From an uncultured Actinomycetes bacterium (lineage in GTDB: Bacteria; Actinomycetota; UBA4738; HRBIN12), in contig CAWFNS010000006.1 in NCBI GenBank assembly GCA_963817235.1, positions 268,163 through 332,162 of the forward strand: 64,000 bases of DNA, in the 5' to 3' direction. Under the pieces are notes generated by a model that made no database searches, was not told the DNA's origin, and was given only the letters and a program-made list of their open reading frames with translations. Position numbers and translations under genes: made by a program. Positions 56,785-64,000 of the stretch are shown piece by piece (the stretch's first letter is position 1; every line of letters starts with the position of its first letter).

Positions 56785-57946
56785 ATGGACGCCCGGGTGC
56801 TCGAGGAGCGAGCGGCCGCACGCTTCGAGGGATACCAGACCGCGCTCCAGGACATGGTGAACGTCGACTGCGGGTCGTACTCGCCGGCGGGCGTCGGCCG
56901 CATCGCGGACCTGTGCGTCGCGTTCTTCGCGGCGCACGGATGGGAGGTCGAGCGGCGCTCGCACGTTCCGACCGACGGGCAGACCGCAACTGGGCGATCT
57001 GGTGATCGGCACGCTCCGTGGTTCCGGCGGCCCGCGCGTCTTGCTGCTCGGGCACATGGACACCGTGTTCGACGACGGGACCGCGGCCGCGCGCCCGTAC
57101 CGCGTCGAGGGCGAGCGCGCGCTCGGTCCCGGCGTGAGCGACATGAAGGGCGGGCTGCTCGCGGGAACGTTCGCGACCGCGGTCCTGCAGGACGCGGGAT
57201 ACGACGCGTTCGACCGGATCACGTACGTCTGCAACCCGGACGAGGAGATCGGCTCGCCGTTCTCGGGCCCCGTGATCGGCGCGATCGCCGCGCAGCACGA
57301 CGCGACGTTCGTGCTGGAGTGCGCGCGGGCGAACGGCGCGATCGTCTCCGCGCGGAAGGGCGTGACCGACTACGTGATCCGGATACGAGGGCGCGCGGCG
57401 CACGCCGGCGTGGAGCCGAGCCGCGGCCGCAGTGCGGTGCTCGAGGCGGCGCACAAGGCGATCGCCATCTCGGCGCTCGCGGGCCGCTGGCCGGGGGTCA
57501 CGTGCAACGTCGGCGTGCTCCGGGGCGGGACCCGACCGAACGTCGTGCCCGAGGACGCGGTGCTCGAGATCGATCTTCGGTCACCCGAGCTGGCCACGCT
57601 CGAGGAGGCCGAGCGCGAGGTGGAGCGGATCTGCCGCGAGCACACGATCCCCGACGTGTCGGTCGAACTGCGGCACGATGGCTGGCACCGGCCGATGGAG
57701 AAGACCGAGGGGTCGCAGCGTCTCGTCGATCTGGCGGTCGAGGTGGCGGCCGAGCTCGGCTTCGCGATCGAGGACGTGGCCACGGGCGGCGCGTCCGACG
57801 GGAACACGACGAGCGCGGCGGGCTGTCCGACCCTCGACGGGCTCGGCCCGATCGGCGGCGGCGCACACGCATCCGACGAATGGCTGGATCTGGCGAGCGT
57901 CGTCCCGCGCGTGGCGCTGCTGGCCGGGCTCATCACGCGGCTGTGA
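56785..57946 (+). CDS. M20 family metallopeptidase (carboxypeptidase G2/glutamate carboxypeptidase-like); 1 frame break (~56985)
   Basis: MDARVLEERAAARFEGYQTALQDMVNVDCGSYS.. (frame of ORF 54445..59055), then PQLGDLVIGTLRG..LLLGHMDTVF..GPGVSDMKGG..NPDEEIGS..RGRAAHAG (ORF 57002..57946). Confidence 0.8.
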
Positions 57947-59055
57947 GCGGCGTCGAGGAGTGGCGGTTCGGGGAGCTGCACCCCGAGGCCTACCGGATGC
58001 TCGTCGAGGGCGTGCCGGCGATCCTGTACATCGACCGGCCCGACGAGCGCTCGTCGAACCTCTACACCAGCCCGCAGATCCTCGCGATGCTGGGCTTCAC
58101 CGTCGAGGAATGGATGGCGGACCCAGAGCTCTGGCACGCACGGATCCATCCGGACGACCGAGCCCGCGTGGCCGCGGCGAACCTCGAATCGAACCGCGCC
58201 GGCTCCCGCTACGTGGACGAGTACCGGCTGGTCGCGAGGGACGGCTCGACGGTGTGGATCCGCGACGAGGCCGCTCCGGTGCGCGGCGACGACGGCACGT
58301 TGCTGTACTGGCGCGGGGTGATGCTCGACATCACCGAACGCAAGGAGGCGGAGGAGAAGCTCCGGCGCAGCCTCGAGATCCTGCACCGGACCCTGCAGCA
58401 ACGCCGGGAGCTGGCGCGGCGCCTCCAGCACGCGCAGGAAGAGGAGCGGCGCGGGATCGCCGCCGACATCCACGACGATCCGATCCAGGTGATGAGCGCC
58501 GTCGACGTCCGGCTGCAGATGCTGGCCGCGGATCCCTCTGCGGCGTCGACGGAAGCACTCGGCGAGATCCAAGCGGAGGTCCGGGGCGCGATCGAGCGGT
58601 TGCGCTCGATGCTGTTCGAGCTTCGACCGACGGCGCTCGACCGCGACGGGTTGGTCCCGGCGATCCGGGTGTACCTCGAGCACGTGGCCGCCACGACGGA
58701 CTGGACGGCCGAGGTGCACGACGCGCTCGATGCGGAGCCCGATCCGGACGTGCGGGCGCTGCTCTATCGCATCGTCCAGGAGGCGGTGACGAACGCGCGG
58801 AAGCACGCCGGTGCGTCGCACCTGCGGGTGGACGTCGTCTCGGCGGCCAAGGGCGTGATGGTCCGCGTCCACGACGACGGCGCCGGATTCTCGCCCGAGC
58901 AGAAGGCGGTGCCCGAGCCGGGGCACCTCGGGCTCCTCACGATGGTGGAGCGGGCGGAGCTCGCCGGGGGATGGGCGCGGATCGCGAGCGCGCCGGGCGC
59001 CGGCACGATGATCGAATGCTGGCTCCCACCGTCCGCCGACGGAACGATGGACTGA
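57943..59055 (+). CDS. PAS sensor histidine kinase, HisKA_3/NarL-partner type, no adjacent response regulator
   Basis: GTG 57943 overlaps M20 stop (GTGA). PAS (..IHPDDRARV..YRLVARDGSTVWIRDEA..WRGVMLDITERKEAEE), H-box EEERRGIAADIHDDPIQ, HATPase (NARKHAGAS..DDGAGF). Confidence 0.85.
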   Translation: MSGVEEWRFGELHPEAYRMLVEGVPAILYIDRPDERSSNLYTSPQILAMLGFTVEEWMADPELWHARIHPDDRARVAAANLESNRAGSRYVDEYRLVARDGSTVWIRDEAAPVRGDDGTLLYWRGVMLDITERKEAEEKLRRSLEILHRTLQQRRELARRLQHAQEEERRGIAADIHDDPIQVMSAVDVRLQMLAADPSAASTEALGEIQAEVRGAIERLRSMLFELRPTALDRDGLVPAIRVYLEHVAATTDWTAEVHDALDAEPDPDVRALLYRIVQEAVTNARKHAGASHLRVDVVSAAKGVMVRVHDDGAGFSPEQKAVPEPGHLGLLTMVERAELAGGWARIASAPGAGTMIECWLPPSADGTMD

Positions 59056-59064
59056 AGGATCGCC

Positions 59065-60257
<1,193 letters not shown>

Positions 60258-60261
<4 letters not shown>

Positions 60262-61298
60262 CGCTCCTTCCGCCGGGCGGCAGTCTCGGTGGAGAGCCGC
60301 TCGTGGGTCAAGTCCCGCCGGAGGCGCCGATGCGCCGCCGGCGATGCACCGATCGCGTCGAGTCCGATGAGCGCGGCGCCGAGCACCGGCGGCGCCGTCA
60401 GGACGTGGACCTGTGCCGCCGGCGCGATCGCGGCGACGCCCCGCTCGATCCGCTCGTAGAACGGCGCGAACCGGTTGCGGAAGATGCCGCCGCCCAGCAC
60501 CACGTCGACGTCGAGCTTCGTCATCCGGAGCCGCCGGATCGCGGTCGTCGCCATCGTCACGATCTCGTCGGCCTGCCGCTCCACCACCGATGTCGCCACC
60601 AGGTCACCGTCCGCAGCGGCCGCGAACACGAGCGGCGCGAGCTCGTTCACCCGCTCCTCGCCGATCGAATGGAAGTACATCGCCTCCATCACTTGCCGGG
60701 GTCGTCGCAGCCCGAAGTGCGCCGGCACCGTGGTGGCGAGCGTCGTCTTCTCGCCGCGGCCGTCCTCGGCACGGATCGCGTGCCAGAGCGCGGCGCCGCC
60801 GACCTCGAGGCCGCCGCCCCAGTCGCCCGAGATGGGCCCGACGGCGGGCAGCCGGTACGTCCCGCCGTTCGGCGCGATCGCGGTGCAGTTCGTGCCCTGC
60901 CCGCACACGATCGCGACGCCCCACGGGCGATCGGTGCCCGCGCGCAAGACCGCGAACGTGTCGTTGCGAAGCACATCCTCCCGCGCCCAGCCGTTCGAGC
61001 GGAGCCACCGGCTGAGCCGGCGATCGTCCGCCGGGAGGTCGGCGCCGGCGAGGCAGAACGCCCCGAGCTCGGCGAAGGGCGGACGCGACGGGTCGAGCCC
61101 CGCGGCGCGGGCGGCGCGCTCGATCGCGACCCACACCGCGTCCAGGTGGTCCTCGCCGATGCGGTACACGAGGTGGGTGTCGGAGAACTCGATCGATCCC
61201 GCTCGCGCGCAGCCGAGGATCGTGCCCGACCGCGACACGAACACCGCGTCGGTCTTCGACCCCCCGGCGTCGACGGCGAGCACCGCCGGCCTCCTCAC
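60258..61298 (-). CDS. BadF/BadG/BcrA/BcrD-type ATPase, N-acetylglucosamine kinase-like
   Basis: GTG 61298 overlaps upstream stop (GTGA). VLAVDAGGSKTDAV.., ..VCGQGTNC.., ..ISGDWGGG... The upstream part of track ORF 60258..61850 is spurious. Confidence 0.75.
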
Positions 61299-61909
61299 GG
61301 CAGCGTCTCCAACGCGTCGACGGTGACGAACCTCCCGCCCAGCTCGCGGAGGCCGTCGATGAGCGTCCCGAGACCCTCGGCCGTCCCCTCGGGCCACGTA
61401 TGCAGCAGCACGATGGCGCCGTCGCCGTGCTCGCGAACGCCGCGGATAGCGTCGGCGGCGATCGCGGCGCCCGTCCGGTGCGGCTCCCAATCCTCGAGCT
61501 CCACGTGCCACCACACGTCGCGGTACCCGAGGCGCTCGAGCCCGGCGGTGATGCGCGGATCGTCGTGCCCGGCGCCGAAGGGGCATCGGAACCACGGCAG
61601 CGGATCGCGGCCGGTGGCCTGGACGATCGCGGCTCGACCGTCCTCGAGATCGGCCGCCAATCCGTCCGGGGACAGCAGCGGCATCCGCGCGTGGTAGTGG
61701 GAGTGGTGGCCCACGAGGTGCCCGTCGTCGCCGATGCGACGCGCCGTCTCGGGGTACGCCTGCGCCCAGCGCCCCTGCACGAAGAACGTCGCGGTCACGT
61801 CCTTCGCGGCGAGCGTCTCCACGATGCGTGCCGCGTTGCCGGGCGGGCACCGCGGCCGGTCCGGATGCTCCGCGTCGAACGTCAACGCGACGCGGAGATC
61901 GTCACTCAC
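61295..61909 (-). CDS. Polysaccharide/chitooligosaccharide deacetylase (NodB, CE4 family)
   Basis: Intact 204 aa; TFDAEHPD.., VGHHSHYH, ..RCPFGAG.., LLHTWP. Confidence 0.85.
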   Translation of the reverse strand: MSDDLRVALTFDAEHPDRPRCPPGNAARIVETLAAKDVTATFFVQGRWAQAYPETARRIGDDGHLVGHHSHYHARMPLLSPDGLAADLEDGRAAIVQATGRDPLPWFRCPFGAGHDDPRITAGLERLGYRDVWWHVELEDWEPHRTGAAIAADAIRGVREHGDGAIVLLHTWPEGTAEGLGTLIDGLRELGGRFVTVDALETLP

Positions 61910-62962
61910 GGGTCGTCACCTTCGCGGCGTGAACGTACGTGCCCGGCGCCCGCCCGTGCGCCGCGGCGAGGGTCCACGCGAGCAGCTGCACGGGCACGAT
62001 CGATACCGCGGGCGCCAGGAGCCGGTCGAGGTCGCCGATCGCGACCGTCTCGACGCCGGAGGGTTCCGCGTCCGTCGCGCCGATCACGAGGACGGCGGCG
62101 CCGAGTCCGCACAGGTCCGCTGCGAGCCCGAGGTCGAGCTCGGCCGTCTCGGGCTCGGTCGCGATCACGATCGCCGCGAGGTCCGGGCCCGCCAGCTCGA
62201 GCGGACCGTGGCGGAACTGCGCCGCCTGGAGCGATTCGACGCCGATGCCGACCGCTTCCTTCAGGGTGAGCGCGCCCATCTCGGCGGCCGCGCGCGCGGC
62301 GCCCCGGCCGAGGATCACCGTCGTCGCGCGGCCGCCGTGCCACGCGGCGAGCTGCGGCGGGAGGTCCTTCTGCTCGACCAGTCGCTCGACGCTCGAGGCG
62401 GCGAGCTCCGCGGAGCCGGCGATCGACGCTCCCGCGACGCCGGTGATCGACCGGGCGAGCGCCGCCGAGGAGGACCAGCGACGCGGCGAACGTCATCGTC
62501 GAGGGACCGGTTTCCTCTCCCGCGTCCGTATCGAGCGCGACGTCGGCCAGCTCCGAGAGGGTGTTCCCGAGGCCGTTCGTGATCGAGACGATCGTGGGCG
62601 GCCGGCGGCGGGACCGCAGGGCCTCGCGCGACCGCGACCGTCTCCGCGCTCTCGCCCGATTGGCTCACGAGGACCAGCAGATCCTCGGGCGCGAGGATCG
62701 CGAGCCGGAAGTGGAGCAGCTCGGCCGCGTCCAGCATCAGCGCCGGCACGCCGGCCGCGGCGAGGTCGGAGACGGCGGGGTAGCAGCCGTCGTAGGAGCT
62801 CCCCATCCCCGCGAACACGAGCGTCCCCCTCGTCGCCACCGTCGCGGCCCGCGAGAGCGCCGCCTCCTGGCGGATCGCCGCCGCGGCGGCCCGCCGGAGC
62901 GCGTCGGGCTGGCCGGCGATCTCGGCGATGAATGGGTCAGGAAAGTTTCCTAACGATTTCAC
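61902..62962 (-). CDS. Double-SIS-domain sugar-phosphate isomerase/deaminase (GlmS C-terminal-like, AgaS/FrlB-like); 2 frame breaks (~62625, ~62462)
   Basis: GTG 62962: MKSLGNFPDPFIAEIAGQPDAL..FAGMGSSYDG..LVLVSQSGESAETV (ORF 62315..62962), then ALRSRRRPPTIVSITNGLGNTLSELADV..STMTFAASL (ORF 61906..62496), then ..TVILGRGAARAAAEMGALTLKEAVGIGVESLQAAQFRHGPLEL.. (ORF 61902..62318). Confidence 0.75.
62939..62951. promoter_or_regulatory. 13-bp perfect palindrome AGGAAAgTTTCCT in the divergent control region (inside first codons of SIS gene, just upstream of GH4 promoter); candidate operator
   Basis: Read directly. Sits in an AT-rich patch unusual for this DNA, ending 22 nt upstream of a TACGAT -10-like hexamer (62974-62979) that precedes the GH4 ATG by 9 nt. 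Confidence 0.45.
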
Positions 62963-62988
62963 CGACCGGAGTGTACGATGCGCCGCGG

Positions 62989-64000
62989 ATGGGTGTGAAG
63001 GTCGCGGTCGTCGGCGGCGGCAGCACGTACACGCCGGAGTTGGTCGAGGGGTTCGTGACCCGCAGCGACCGCTTGCCGGTCGACGAGCTGGTCCTGTTGG
63101 ACATCGATATGGACCGCCTCGGCATCGTCGGCGGCCTGGCGCAGCGGATGGTCCGCCGGGCGGGCTGGCCGGGAACCGTCGGTCTGACCGAGGAGCCGCG
63201 CGAGGCGCTCGAGGGGGCGGACTTCGTCATCGTGCAGCTGCGCGTCGGCGGGAACCAGGCGCGCTTCCGCGACGAGACGATCCCGCTCCGCTTCGACTGC
63301 ATCGGGCAGGAGACCACCGGCCCGGGCGGGTTCGCGAAGGCGCTGCGGACGGTGCCGGTCGTGCTCGAGCTGGCCGAACTGACCGCCCAGATCGGCGCGC
63401 CGGGAGCCTGGTTCGTCGATTTCACGAACCCGACGGGGCTCGTCACCCAGGCGTTGCTGGACCAAGGGCACCGGGCATGCGGCCTCTGCAACGTGGCGAT
63501 CGGCTTCCAGCGCGAGTTCGCGGGGATGTTCGGGGTGGAGCCGAGCCGCGTCTCGCTCGATCACGTGGGGCTCAACCACCTGACGTGGGAGCGCGCGATC
63601 CGCGTGGACGGCGAGGACCGACTTCCCGGCCTCATCGCCGATCCGCCGGTCGACGAGTTCGAGGGCAGCCCGATCGAGCTGATCCGGGCGCTCGGCGCGA
63701 TCCCCAGCTACTACCTGCACTACTACTACCGGACCGCCGACGTGCTGGCGCACCAGCGCACGCACCGCACCCGGGCCGAGGAGGTCCTGGAGATCGAGGC
63801 CGGCCTGCTGGAGCTCTACAAGGACCCCGCGCTGGACACGAAGCCGAAGCTGCTCGAGGAGCGCGGCGGCGCCTGGTACTCGGACGCGGCCGCCGCGCTC
63901 GTCGCGTCCCTGCACGCCGGGACGGGCGACGAGCAGGTCGTGAACGTCCGCAACGAGGGCGCGATCGCGAACCTCGCCGCCGACGACGTGGTCGAGGTGC
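62989..64000 (+). CDS. Glycoside hydrolase family 4 6-phospho-beta-glucosidase (ChbF/CelF-like), partial, continues beyond window end
   Basis: Absent from track (no stop). MGVKVAVVGGGSTYTPELVEG.., IGQETTGPGGFAKALR, FVDFTNPTG, ACGLCNV, DHVGLNHLTW. Open to 64000. Confidence 0.85.
   Translation, partial: MGVKVAVVGGGSTYTPELVEGFVTRSDRLPVDELVLLDIDMDRLGIVGGLAQRMVRRAGWPGTVGLTEEPREALEGADFVIVQLRVGGNQARFRDETIPLRFDCIGQETTGPGGFAKALRTVPVVLELAELTAQIGAPGAWFVDFTNPTGLVTQALLDQGHRACGLCNVAIGFQREFAGMFGVEPSRVSLDHVGLNHLTWERAIRVDGEDRLPGLIADPPVDEFEGSPIELIRALGAIPSYYLHYYYRTADVLAHQRTHRTRAEEVLEIEAGLLELYKDPALDTKPKLLEERGGAWYSDAAAALVASLHAGTGDEQVVNVRNEGAIANLAADDVVEV

Noticed and set aside
54445-59055. 1536-aa ORF on the plus strand
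   Set aside because: It is a composite. The first ~780 codons are antisense to the MFS and plsC genes (Arg/Gly/Pro-rich nonsense). Only 56785-~56985 (M20 N-terminus) and 57943-59055 (histidine kinase) are real coding sequence in this frame.

Overview
Very GC-rich, gene-dense chromosomal segment that looks actinobacterial: frequent GTG starts, ATGA/GTGA 4-nt gene junctions, lipobox lipoproteins, WS/DGAT, an EtfD-type Fe-S oxidoreductase, an MsiK-type ATPase and an ECF42-type sigma factor. I can support about 60 protein-coding genes. I found no rRNA, tRNA, CRISPR array, transposase, integrase or phage gene. Because of the GC content, the six-frame track contains many long spurious or composite ORFs.

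Functional blocks:
- 1-563: partial peptide-type ABC binding protein.
- 710-10023: etfB-etfA-etfD plus two glutamine-amidotransferase-type hydrolases, GrpB and a C45 peptidase on the minus strand, divergent from a family III CoA-transferase and glutaryl-CoA dehydrogenase.
- 10027-16484: APC permease, GS-like gamma-glutamyl ligase, choline/aminoglycoside-type kinase and a dimethylglycine-oxidase-like enzyme.
- 16603-22595: methyltransferase remnant, SDR, cNMP-binding protein with an in-frame TAG, aldehyde dehydrogenase and a PAS/GAF histidine kinase.
- 22606-25575: greA, CDP-alcohol phosphatidyltransferase, an atypical Rieske-like protein and TrpB2.
- 25572-29701: YciI/DGPF, ECF42 sigma, MBOAT and SGNH hydrolase.
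- 30054-34175: mutY and a small glycosyltransferase cluster.
- 34241-40318: znuACB-zur extended by four more translationally coupled envelope genes.
- 40444-50865: transporters, hydrolases, an AlaX editing protein, a cupredoxin/beta-helix/PLDc_N fusion and WS/DGAT.
- 51206-59055: RpoD-like sigma, a broken GH9 cellulase, MFS, PlsC, an M20 peptidase and an orphan PAS kinase.
- 59065-64000: amino-sugar/chitobiose-type divergon (MsiK-like ATPase, BadF-type kinase, CE4 deacetylase, double-SIS protein versus a GH4 6-phospho-beta-glucosidase).

Major caveat: about 40 reading-frame breaks interrupt roughly 24 otherwise well-conserved genes. They are mostly single extra bases, which looks more like uncorrected assembly indels than decay, so many coordinates span more than one frame.

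I did not find a convincing defence island or mobile element. The most unusual items are the eight-gene Zur-linked operon, the YciI-ECF42-MBOAT-SGNH operon, the amine gamma-glutamylation/oxidative demethylation operon with an embedded kinase, the cupredoxin-beta-helix-PLDc_N protein, and several perfect inverted repeats in promoter regions.
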